This document shows positions 1 through 9,836 of a stretch of 64,000 bases of DNA, one piece after another. This DNA is from a bacterium (GTDB lineage: Bacteria > Hinthialibacterota > Hinthialibacteria > Hinthialibacterales > Hinthialibacteraceae). Each line of letters opens with the position of its first letter. The first letter of the stretch is position 1. The notes under the pieces were generated by a model. That model was not told the DNA's origin, searched no databases, and worked only from the letters and a program-made list of their open reading frames with translations. The DNA is taken from NCBI GenBank assembly GCA_963663405.2, contig CAXXSM010000025.1, positions 1 to 64,000 on the forward strand, given 5' to 3'. Made by a program: the position numbers and the translations under genes.

Positions 1-436
1 CGATAACGAGCGGTGGCTGGCTGACCGGTTTCTCCGTCCCCAGCCCCCGGATTCAAGAAGCGGCGGCCATTGTGAACCGATGCGTTCCCACCGCTATGAC
101 GGACATCAGCGATGGATTGGCGCGAGACCTTCCCAAACTCTGCGCCGCATCTGGAGCCGGAGCGCGGATCAATCCGGACGCGCTGCCTTGCAGCGGCGCG
201 CTGAAAGCCTATGCGAATGAACGGGGCTTCGGAATACGCATGGAAAGGAGGGGAAGACTACGAACTCTTATTCACTCTTCCACCTTCCGAAGCGGTTGAC
301 CTCTTATATCATTGGGAAGGAGAAGCCGTTCCCATCACGAAAATCGGGGGAAATCACCGATGCGGGAGAGGGAATCGTCCTGGAAGGATGGACTGGAGAG
401 GCGCCGGGCGGTTTCGATCATTTTCAGGCGCGGTGA
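1..436 (+). CDS. thiL: Thiamine-monophosphate kinase, 3' part (5' truncated, apparent frameshifts)
   Basis: Motifs TDISDGLARDL, GGEDYELLFT and terminal GGFDHF (TGA 434-436) spread over different frames. Confidence 0.85.
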
Positions 437-523
437 AGAAAGAGAGGGAAGGAAACCAACGTTCCTTCCCTCGAAAATTCGGGAACTCTTTTTCCGCTCC
501 CAGTTCTCTCAACAAGATCGAGT

Positions 524-717
524 CTATCTCTGCAATTGTTTCTTTTTCTGCCGTTTCACAGCTTTGAGATGTTTTTTGCGTTTACGGACGCTTGGCTTTT
601 CGTAGTAGGCGTTTTTGCGGATGTCTTGAGGAATGCTTTCTTTGATACATTTCCGCTTGAAACGCTTTAGAGCCGTCTGAATATCTTCTTCTCGTCTCGA
701 ACATCAACTGCGACCAA
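524..717 (-). CDS. rpsU: 30S ribosomal protein S21 (one apparent 1-nt deletion; absent from ORF track)
   Basis: Manual translation: MVAVDVRD..EDIQTALKRFKRKCIKESIPQDIRKNAYYEKPSVRKRKKHLKAVKRQKKKQLQR*; TTG start 717, TAG 524-526. Confidence 0.9.
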
Positions 718-922
718 ATGAATCACAACCTTTACTATAGAATGTTAGGCATGAAGCCGTTTCCCAGCGCAACGCCGGGGGAAAAACTACCGAGTATTCA
801 ATTCAAAAATATCTTATTGAGAGAAGAAACATTATATTTTAATCCACCAAAAAAGTCAACTTCCTCATTTTGATTTCTAAACTGGGGGGGAAATGGAAAC
901 ATCCTGCTTATTAATCTCACTC

Positions 923-1460
923 TCAATTCAGTGACCGCGCGGCGTGTTTTTCCATAAAGTATTGGAAAGAGGTATTTCTCTTTTGAGCGTCCTCGATCGA
1001 AAAATCGTTCAAGATTTCAATCATGGTATTGAGCCTGGAATCCGATTGTTTTTCAATAATCCGGTTGAATTGCTCCTTCGTTACATTATCTGTTTTTTCA
1101 TGATGCTTGATTCCGAATATTTGACATTTCTGCGGATTGAGACCAGCGAGATACCAACTCTCGATTTCCTGGATGACGATTATGATTTCATTGAGATCGA
1201 TCGTTCTATATACTTTTTTGATAAAAACTCTTCTTTTCTGAAATACAATTCTTTTGATCCATATCCGCCAAAAAGAGATATTCGTTTCTCAGATCTTTTA
1301 TACTTTTTATTATGTTATTCACAGACTTTTTCTTCATCTGCGCGTAAGGACGAACGAAAACTGCATTGTATTTTTTTTCAAAGAATGGTTTCACTATTTT
1401 TTCTACAAATCGTACGTCGTCATCCCCTTCAACTAAAATAAACAATTGCCGATACTCCAT
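923..1460 (-). CDS. DUF4276/TOPRIM-like partner of AAA ATPase (frameshift ~1215)
   Basis: N-term LFILVEGDDD..FLADMD; after the shift IIIVIQEIESWYLAG...RNTSFQYF; directly downstream of the ATPase. Confidence 0.7.
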
Positions 1461-1461
1461 A

Positions 1462-2713
1462 TTAGACCCCCAACAGATTCTGAATGTAGAGTTCCTCAAT
1501 CCCAATCTCGTTTTTCATAAACGTTTTTACTGTTTCACTATCTCCTGGATTTTCCACAGTAGAATATCCTTCTTTGTTTCTAGACATAAGATAAAGGTCA
1601 TCAATATCAGCATATTTAACGATTTCAGGATTGTGTGTTGTGATTATAATCTGTTTTTTTTTGGATGCATCTTTCATCATGCTGACAATTTTTGAAATTA
1701 AATAGGGGTGGATGTTTTTTTCTGGTTCTTCAAAAACGACTACTGGTTTTTCCTCAAAATATAACGCCGTTAGCAAAGCGATCGCATTAACCGTTCCATC
1801 AGATAAAAGGAAAGCTGGAAGATATTTCTCTGAATACTCTTCTCGTATATTAAAAAGGAGAGATTTATCTATGACTTTTTTTAATACGAGTATCCTGAAT
1901 AAAAGGCAATAGATCTTGAATGAGATTAGTGAATTTTCTTTTTTTATTTCTATCGCTAAGTATATTATTTAGCACAATAGCAAGATTAGCACCATCATTT
2001 TCTAATTCCATTTTTCCTGTAATCGGTACAGCTTTTTGAGAAAGTTTTGGATTGAATTCGTATATAGTCAAATTTTGAATAAGATCTCTCAAAGGAGGTG
2101 GGATGAGGAAAAACGGTAATTCAAAAAGAAGCGTTTGTGCAGGAAGTTTTTCATTTTCTAAAATTGATAAAAATGGGAAAATTTCATTATTGTGTATTTC
2201 AATATCTTTTGGGGTAGTTATATCAATTAGAACATTTCTATCTTTTACAGAAAAGATAATTTCACCTTCACCAATTTTGTCTTTTTCTTTGACTGGCTTT
2301 TTTGTCTCAATATCGTACTTTAAAAAGTCAATAGAAAATGTGAATTTATCTTTTGTTATTTCAAATAATCTTCCTCTCTTGAAAAAAATTTCAAAATCAA
2401 AAAAGATATTGTGATAGACAATAGAAATCCCTTTCTTCGCAGTATTAGAAAAAATTAAAGTATCAAATTCAGATTCAAGAGAAAAACTCTTATCTTTTCC
2501 AATTTGAGAATTCAGAAGGTATTCGGCTCCACCTTGCATAGAAATCGCATTATCTAATCCGTGATTTACAATATCTTTTAAAAATCGTAATAAATCTACA
2601 AAGTTGGATTTACCCGATGCGTTGGCTCCAATTAATACATTGAATTCTTTTAGGTTGATTTCAAATTTGCTAAAACTTTTGAAATTGGATACTCTCAATC
2701 TTTTTAACTTCAT
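1462..2713 (-). CDS. AAA_21/AAA_15-type ABC-family ATPase (frameshift in A-run ~1880)
   Basis: NFKSF, Walker A GANASGKSN, signature LSDGT, Walker B FEEPEKNIHP, ITTHNP. Confidence 0.85.
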
Positions 2714-2931
2714 GATTCTATACCTGATTATTTTTGTGGATCATTAATTTGTAGATAGCATAGTTGTATTTATTTATCAAGGTTCAGTTTTTAAATATAT
2801 TTGCATAACATAAATTCAAGCATACTCTTAAAACATTTACCCATCGAGAGAGACTAGGATTGTAGAATCCACTGGAATCCGTTACGATGGAGTCTCGAAA
2901 GTATTCTAAGAGATGGTGGGTTGAAAGAGCG

Positions 2932-4807
2932 ATGAATGGTTCCGTAACTGGTTTAAATCAGGCCGATTATGTTGTGATCGGCGGATTTTTTCTCGTGATG
3001 CTTTTTATTGGGTTGTACTACGCCCGGCGGATGCGGACGCTGCAGGATTATTTCAGCGGGGGGCGGGAGGTTCCCTGGTGGCTGTCGGGCACCTCGTTCT
3101 ATATGAGTTCCTTCAGCGCGTTTACGTTCGTCGCGTATTCCGAACTGGCGTATAAATATGGGTGGGTGTCGGTGACGATCTTTTGGGTGACGATTCCATC
3201 TTCCCTAATCGGAGCCTATTTTTTCGCCGCACGCTGGCGGCGGGCGGCTTCGACCAGCCCGTTGGAGTATATCGAGGAACGGTACGGCTTCGGGATGCGG
3301 CAGTGTCTGGCTTGGCTGGGCATTCCGGTGAAGGTGATCGATGATGGATTGAAACTGTTCGCTATTGGAACTCTTGTTTCAAGTGGACTGGGCTTTCCAT
3401 TGACACAGGCCATCATCCTGTCAGGATCGATCATCCTGGCCTATACGTTCCTCGGCGGTTTATGGGCCGTGCTCGTGACCGATTTCGTGCAGTTCATCGT
3501 TATGCTAGTGGTCGTGGCCGTCCTGCTGCCACTGGCGTTTCAAGCGGCTGGGGGGTGGGATCATTTTGTCCAGAACGCGCCGGAAGGCTTTTTCGCTTAT
3601 ACATCGGAGACGTATGACTGGACCTATCTTCTCGCTTTCTTGATTATCATCGCCTTGAATTTCAGCACCTCATGGTCGTTGGTCCAGCGGTACTATTCCG
3701 TGCGGCGCGACCGGGGACGCCCGGAAGGTCGGCTATATGGTGGCGGCGTTAAACGTCATCGGCCCGCCTCTCTTTTTCCTCCCAGCGATGCTGGCGCGGC
3801 TCTATCTGCCGGAAGTGGAAAATACAAAGGAAGTCTATGCGCTTTTGTGCGTCGCGCTGCTTCCCGTGGGGATGATGGGGATGTTGATTGCGGCGATGTT
3901 TTCCGCGACGATGTCGATGCTCTCCAGCGATTACAATTCCGTCGCGGCGGTGCTCACCAATGATGTATATAAACGCTTACTCGCGCCTAGGGCTTCGGAG
4001 CGGAACCTTGTCTTTACCGGACGGCTAATCACACTCATCATTGGCTTACTCTCGCTGGGAATCGCGTTGATTGTTATGGGAAATCAAGGCGAAGGTGATC
4101 TCTTTCAATTAATGGTCAAACTCTTCGGCGTATTCCTGCCCCCGATCGCCATCCCCATGCTATTGGGATTGATTACGAGTCGTGTCTCCAACGCAGGGGG
4201 ATTGGCGGGCCTGCTGCTGGGCATTGTGATGGGTCTCTGCGCGTATACGCAGGCGATTACCTTATTAAGCCTTCTCTCATTGCTGTTGGGCATATTCGCG
4301 GTGACGGGAACGCAATCTCTTTCGAAACAGGTGTCGAACAAGGCGCTCTTTGGGAGCGAACTGCTCTGCTTTTCGATTTCTGTACTATTCGGCGTGTGCG
4401 CGTATGTTTTCGCGAACATGGATGACCTCTCGATCCTGCGGGAGACGCAGGCGATTACAACATTGACCGTTTCATTTACGATAGTGGGGATTCTCGCCGG
4501 TTCGATTCTCTGTCCCGATTCAAAACAGCGGCGGGAAGAAGCGCGCGCTTTCGTCCAACGCCTCGGCGCGGCGGAGACTGAACAGGACCGGGCAAAGCCA
4601 ACCGTTCAAACCCAAGTGTCTCCTCTCCCGGTGATCGGTCAATCGATCGCTTTCTTGGGATTGCTGCTGACCGCCGTTATTTTATTCATGGAGACGGCGG
4701 GGGATAAAACAATGAGCCTAACGGTAGGTTCGGGGATGACTGTCATCGGCGCTGTGGTTTGGAGAATGAATTCACGAAATCCGAAGGAGGAACGAAATAA
4801 TGAATGA
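2932..4807 (+). CDS. Sodium:solute symporter (SSS) family transporter (frameshift ~3715)
   Basis: DYFSGGREVPWW, YTFLGGLWAVLVTDFVQF, VQRYY, AMFSATMS; many TM helices across ORFs 2887..3963 and 3737..4807. Confidence 0.9.
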
Positions 4808-5843
4808 AGAAAATAAGACAATTGGCGTTGGGGTGCTCGGATCTGGATTCATGGGCCGCACCTATTCAGAAACGATCGTGAAATGTGTAAAAGGCGCGCG
4901 TCTCGTGGCGGTGGCCTGTGGAAACCGAGCGAATGATCTCGCCTCCGATTACGGTATGGACCTTCATAACTCAGTGGATGAATTGATTGCCCGTGACGAT
5001 ATTGACGCGGTGTTCGTCTCCACCCCACACGCCCAGCATTACGAACAGTCCCTCGCCGCCGCCAAGGCGGGTAAGCATCTCTTAATCGAAAAACCGATGG
5101 CTTGCACGGTAGACGAATGCGATCAAATCCTGGAAGCGCTCAAGGCGAATCATTTGAAATGCACGATCGCGTTCACGCAACGGTTCCGTGTTTGCAACGC
5201 CAAAGCGAAAGAACTATTGGATTCAGGGCAGCTGGGGAAGGTTCTACACATCCGCTCGTACCAGATGGTGCCCGGCGGGATGCCCAATCTGCCGAAATGG
5301 CAAATGAAGAAAGAGAATATGGGAGTTCTGTTTGGGCATGGGATTCATAATTTCGATAACATCCGCTGGATCACAGGCCAGGAAATCGAGAGCGTCTACG
5401 CCAAGTGCCGCAGTTTGGACGCGGAGTACGAGACCGAAGGGACATCCGATGTGATCCTGACCTTGGCCGATGGCTCGACCGCGTATCTGTTCTGTTCGTT
5501 CCAAACACGCCCGCCTGGATTCCCGCGTTCGCAATTCGCTTACCGAGTAACGTGTGAAAAAGGATTGCTGGATGTGGACGCGTATGGGGAAGCGCGCGCA
5601 TCCATTGATGGGGGACCGTGGGAGACTATCGCCACTCAGCCTCCTATTGATTGGCAGGGGAAAGGCTTCCTTGATCCCGTCCGGCTTGAATCCTACGGCC
5701 TTCACCTGCAGGATTTCATCGACAGCATACGCGAAAACCGGGAGCCGCAAGCAACCGGATGGGATGGCCGCCAAGCGCTGGCGGCGGCGCTGGCCTGTTA
5801 TGAATCCAACGAAACCGGGAAGGAAATTCAGCTCCAGTCATGA
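4800..5843 (+). CDS. Gfo/Idh/MocA family oxidoreductase
   Basis: GVLGSGFMG Rossmann motif, AGKHLLIEKPMA, HGIHNFD. Confidence 0.9.
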   Translation: MNEENKTIGVGVLGSGFMGRTYSETIVKCVKGARLVAVACGNRANDLASDYGMDLHNSVDELIARDDIDAVFVSTPHAQHYEQSLAAAKAGKHLLIEKPMACTVDECDQILEALKANHLKCTIAFTQRFRVCNAKAKELLDSGQLGKVLHIRSYQMVPGGMPNLPKWQMKKENMGVLFGHGIHNFDNIRWITGQEIESVYAKCRSLDAEYETEGTSDVILTLADGSTAYLFCSFQTRPPGFPRSQFAYRVTCEKGLLDVDAYGEARASIDGGPWETIATQPPIDWQGKGFLDPVRLESYGLHLQDFIDSIRENREPQATGWDGRQALAAALACYESNETGKEIQLQS

Positions 5844-7156
5844 AAATCGACCGCTCGAACACACTCTATCAACGCGCCCAAAAGGTGATTCCGGGAGGGA
5901 TCAGCAGCAACGTCCGCGCCAATTGGGCGCCCATCCCCCTGTTTTACGAACGGGGGGAAGGCTCGCGGGTTTGGGACGCCGACGGCAATGAATTGATTGA
6001 TTACGTCTTAGGCCGGGGGCCTCTTCTGTTAGGGCATTCCCCCAAACCGGTTATCGAGGCGATGAAAGCGCAATTGGAACGGGGCCTTCTCTTCGCGGGA
6101 CAGACGGAACTGGAAATTCTCGCTGCGGAAAAGATCCACGAGCTGGTTCCCTGCACGGAAGGAATCCGGTTTGGATCGTCCGGCTCGGAATCGGTACACG
6201 CGGCGCTGCGCCTGGCGCGAGCCGCGACGGGACGGAGCAAAATTCTCCGGTTCGAGGGGCACTATCATGGCTGGTTCGACAATATCGCATGGAATTACGC
6301 GCCTTCGTTAGACCAGGCGGGGCCTCGTGAATCCCCAGTTCTGATTCCATCGACACTGGGTCAACAACCCGAAGACAGCGCGAATCTGTTGATTCTTCCT
6401 TGGAATGATCTGGAACTCGTGGAAACACTCTTCGCCGAACGGGGGGAAGAAATCGCCGGGATCATCACCGAGCCGATCATGTGCAACTATGGAGCGATAG
6501 AACCGGTTCCAGGATTTCTAGAAGGCCTTCGAAAACTTTGTGATGAGTATGGCTCGATTCTGATATTTGATGAAGTGATTACTGGATTCCGGACCGCTCT
6601 CGGCGGGGCGCAGGAGTATTACGGAGTGACGCCGGACTTGGCCACGTTCGCGAAAGCGATGGCCGCCGGTGTTTGTGTCAGCGCGCTGGCGGGGAAGATG
6701 AAATATATGGAACTGTACGGCTCGCTGAAGGCCGTCCACGCCGGAACCTACAACGCCTACGCCCCTGCGATGGCGGGCACAGTGGCCGCGTTAAACGCCC
6801 TTAACGAAAATGATGGAGCCTTATTAAAAAAGATCCATCATACAGGACGGACATTAATGGAAGGGTTGCGCGCGTTGGCTGAGAAAACTGAATTACCTCT
6901 CACAGCACGTGGAGTTCCACCCGCCTTCCATATCTCGTTCCTTCCTGAAGGTTCCGAAGAGGTCGTCGATTACCGAACCGCCCTGCAAACGGACGTTGCG
7001 CTGACGCGCCGGTTCTGGCTGGCGCTGCAGGAACGGGGTGTGCGCGTGACACCGGAAGGACTCTGGTTCATCTCCGCCGCTCACACCCAAGAAGATGTCG
7101 ATCAAACCCTGGCCGCCGCAGGAGACGCGCTGGCCGTATTAGAAAGAAAGGAGTGA
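5840..7156 (+). CDS. Class III PLP aminotransferase (GSA-aminomutase-like)
   Basis: GSRVWDADGNELIDY, FEGHYHG, LIFDEVITGFR, PDLATFAKA. Confidence 0.85.
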   Translation: MKIDRSNTLYQRAQKVIPGGISSNVRANWAPIPLFYERGEGSRVWDADGNELIDYVLGRGPLLLGHSPKPVIEAMKAQLERGLLFAGQTELEILAAEKIHELVPCTEGIRFGSSGSESVHAALRLARAATGRSKILRFEGHYHGWFDNIAWNYAPSLDQAGPRESPVLIPSTLGQQPEDSANLLILPWNDLELVETLFAERGEEIAGIITEPIMCNYGAIEPVPGFLEGLRKLCDEYGSILIFDEVITGFRTALGGAQEYYGVTPDLATFAKAMAAGVCVSALAGKMKYMELYGSLKAVHAGTYNAYAPAMAGTVAALNALNENDGALLKKIHHTGRTLMEGLRALAEKTELPLTARGVPPAFHISFLPEGSEEVVDYRTALQTDVALTRRFWLALQERGVRVTPEGLWFISAAHTQEDVDQTLAAAGDALAVLERKE

Positions 7157-7163
7157 CCGTTCC

Positions 7164-9836
7164 ATGAACCGATTCGCTTGTTTTTTTTCACTTGGTTTAA
7201 TCATTGTCACATTTTCTTTGCTCTCAGAAGGAAACGGCGCGGAAAAAAGCGGGAAACAGCAGCTGTTTGAACGCGTGTTTGGAGACGCCGCTATTCTCGA
7301 TCCCGCCATCCATGAACAGGTTAGAGAAGGGAAACCGGGAGAACGGCATTATATCGATAAAGATGGAGATGGCCGTCCAGAGGAAGTCTGGTTTATTGAC
7401 ACCGCCCTGCGTCATCCCGAATCATACCGCCCCCTTTTAGTGCGTGTCATCGATGAAGATGGAGACCTGCGCGAAGGGGATGAACCGGATATCGACAGCG
7501 ATCTATACATCGCCGATTGGAAAGCGGACGGTTCAGTCGATTCCGCCGTCGATTACACAGACTGCGATGGGGACAACGATCTCGATGAGATGGGCATTTA
7601 TTTCTCCGGTGGAACCAGCGGATATTTCGGCGAAGAAGTCCTCCGAGTCTGGTGGTCCCGCGATGTTGGCGACGATAATCTTCTATGGCGGGATGTCGGC
7701 TTCAATTACAATCAAACGCTCTGTCAATATCACTGCCATTTCGGGGGAGATGAAGAACTAGTCGCGTTCGCGCTTCCCCTTCATGGAGATGAGTGGGTAC
7801 CTTTTTTTGAAAATCCATTTCTCTTCTACGATCACGATCATGATGGTGTGAGTGAAGAGGTGCTTCGAATATCCGGCGTGGGGCGGTATGTGGAATGTAT
7901 CCGTCACAGTTTCGATGCGGACAATGACGCCACATGGGACGCGCCCCGCGATTATGATGTCTCCCTGACCGCCTGGGCTCCAGGAGCAAGTTGGACGGAG
8001 AAAGGAAAGAGTGAAGGAAAACAGCGCGGTGAATCAGACACGCTCTTTGATGAATGTTTCGCCGAACGAATCACGCTGCGCGGCATTCCAACCGGACCGT
8101 TTCTGCGTCATCAATTCGCGCCCCGGTTTGCGCTTCCCCTTGTTTGGGAACGCATGATTCTGACTTGGGATGAGATTGATTGGAACGTTGACGGGCAGCG
8201 GTATGCGGACACGGACGAGCGCTGGGAAGGTATAATCGCCGATGGAAACGAAGATTTCCCCCAAGTCGGCGGCCCCAGCTGCGGCCCCTTAAATAAGCGT
8301 AACGAACTCGTGTTGAAACCAACCGGCCCGGCGCGGTTTTATTATCATCCCACCGATCAACGCATTCACCTCTACGGCGCGGATCGCGCGTGGATCAAAG
8401 TGGACGCCAATCTCGATCGCGAGGTGGACGCTGTATATAAATTCCTCGATCATAATGAGGATGGCGTCATTGATACCTGGATTCTCGATGTGGACGCGGA
8501 TGGTGTAATGGACGATGTCTGGCACTATACAATAGAACCGTCAAACGAAGATGATCCAACCTCTTCCCGCTTAGTGAATACGCCCGGTTCAATCGGGGAA
8601 GCGTTAGCGTCAATCGGCGGAAAAGAAATCGGCTGGAACTGGCCGGAAATCAACGCCGTTATGGAACCGGTCTTGCAGGAAGTCCCCAAAAAACTCTTCG
8701 CGCTCAACCAGCGATTAACGGAAGCGCTGATCTCATTCGGCGATACGAAAGCCACACATCCATTTACTCTGGCCCGTGATTGGGATTTGGCGTTTCCAAG
8801 TGTGGATGAAGCCTTTATGCGGAAACTGCTCACGAGTGATGAGACGCTTCGTTTTTATTTGGATCTTTTAAAAGACCGCCTGATTATCAAATTAAAAAAG
8901 CGGTTCCAAGAGAAAGAATTTTGGACTACGTTCACAAAATCGCGTTCAACCGGCGATCTGGATGGAATGAGAATGCGGTTGGAAGAACAGTTCAAATTGA
9001 CACATCCAATCGATGACTTCGACGGTTGGAAGGCGGATATACAAAAAGGGCCGGTTCCCCCCAAGACGGCCTGGGCGCAGGATTGGGTACCGCCGAATAT
9101 TGGGTGGGAATCGGAAAAAATCGCGTACCGCGTCTACTGGGGACAATTTGATTTCTTTGGAAAGAAAGGCGATCGCCTATTGTATCCCACCATTGGATCG
9201 ATGAGTTACCATGACGAAACCGAGTGGGGAATCGACGCGCTTCTGGTCGGCGATTCGCCCGGTTGTGGGGGAGTGACGCTGTATATCAACGGAAAGGCGT
9301 ATCCTGTAAGGAATCCAGCGGGCAAGGGTAATTTAATCTTCGAGAAGCGCCTGCTCTCTCAGGAAGACGAACAAGTTACCATCGAGTTAACTGCGAAGGG
9401 CGTAGGGCCTGAGCCGGATCCCTATACCGTCCGTTTCGTCTGCGCCGCGCTGACGGGCCGCGCCGATACGCCGATTTCAATCCAAGTGGATGGCGGCGAT
9501 CCAGAAGACGATCTCGCGTTAGGGATTGGTTTCACCAAACTTCCGCAGGAAGAATTGATGCTGGACACAAACGCAGGCGTGTTGTCCGTATGGGGATCGC
9601 AGACGCCGGTGATTGGAACGATCGGTATGGGAGTTGTATTTCCATCGGAACGTTTTCTCCATATGGAGACCTTACCGGATGAGAACCAAGCCGTTATCAG
9701 CATCGAGAGAGGAAAACCACTCGTCTATCATATTCAATGCGATTGGCTGCGTGGACGACGTTTCGATCGCAGCCCCTCCGCTTCGGATTGGCTCAATGAA
9801 CTGCGGGCGCTCGCCGCGCGGATGAACCTCAAATGA
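7164..9836 (+). CDS. Large secreted protein with DxDxDG Ca-binding loops and C-terminal DUF4861-like domain
   Basis: Signal peptide; DKDGDG, DEDGD, DCDGDND, DADGV; WESEKIAYRVYWGQFDFFGK and WGIDALLVGDSPGCGG resemble DUF4861. Confidence 0.6.
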   Translation: MNRFACFFSLGLIIVTFSLLSEGNGAEKSGKQQLFERVFGDAAILDPAIHEQVREGKPGERHYIDKDGDGRPEEVWFIDTALRHPESYRPLLVRVIDEDGDLREGDEPDIDSDLYIADWKADGSVDSAVDYTDCDGDNDLDEMGIYFSGGTSGYFGEEVLRVWWSRDVGDDNLLWRDVGFNYNQTLCQYHCHFGGDEELVAFALPLHGDEWVPFFENPFLFYDHDHDGVSEEVLRISGVGRYVECIRHSFDADNDATWDAPRDYDVSLTAWAPGASWTEKGKSEGKQRGESDTLFDECFAERITLRGIPTGPFLRHQFAPRFALPLVWERMILTWDEIDWNVDGQRYADTDERWEGIIADGNEDFPQVGGPSCGPLNKRNELVLKPTGPARFYYHPTDQRIHLYGADRAWIKVDANLDREVDAVYKFLDHNEDGVIDTWILDVDADGVMDDVWHYTIEPSNEDDPTSSRLVNTPGSIGEALASIGGKEIGWNWPEINAVMEPVLQEVPKKLFALNQRLTEALISFGDTKATHPFTLARDWDLAFPSVDEAFMRKLLTSDETLRFYLDLLKDRLIIKLKKRFQEKEFWTTFTKSRSTGDLDGMRMRLEEQFKLTHPIDDFDGWKADIQKGPVPPKTAWAQDWVPPNIGWESEKIAYRVYWGQFDFFGKKGDRLLYPTIGSMSYHDETEWGIDALLVGDSPGCGGVTLYINGKAYPVRNPAGKGNLIFEKRLLSQEDEQVTIELTAKGVGPEPDPYTVRFVCAALTGRADTPISIQVDGGDPEDDLALGIGFTKLPQEELMLDTNAGVLSVWGSQTPVIGTIGMGVVFPSERFLHMETLPDENQAVISIERGKPLVYHIQCDWLRGRRFDRSPSASDWLNELRALAARMNLK

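Noticed and set aside
944-1441. Plus-strand 165-aa ORF and other long antisense ORFs (e.g. 16576..17304, 29325..30017, 48985..49647)
   Set aside because: Shadows of well-supported genes on the opposite strand.
5840-7156. hemL call
   Set aside because: Despite hemD in the operon, motifs deviate from HemL (FGSSGSES, FAKAMAAG, HAGTYNAY) and the context is catabolic.
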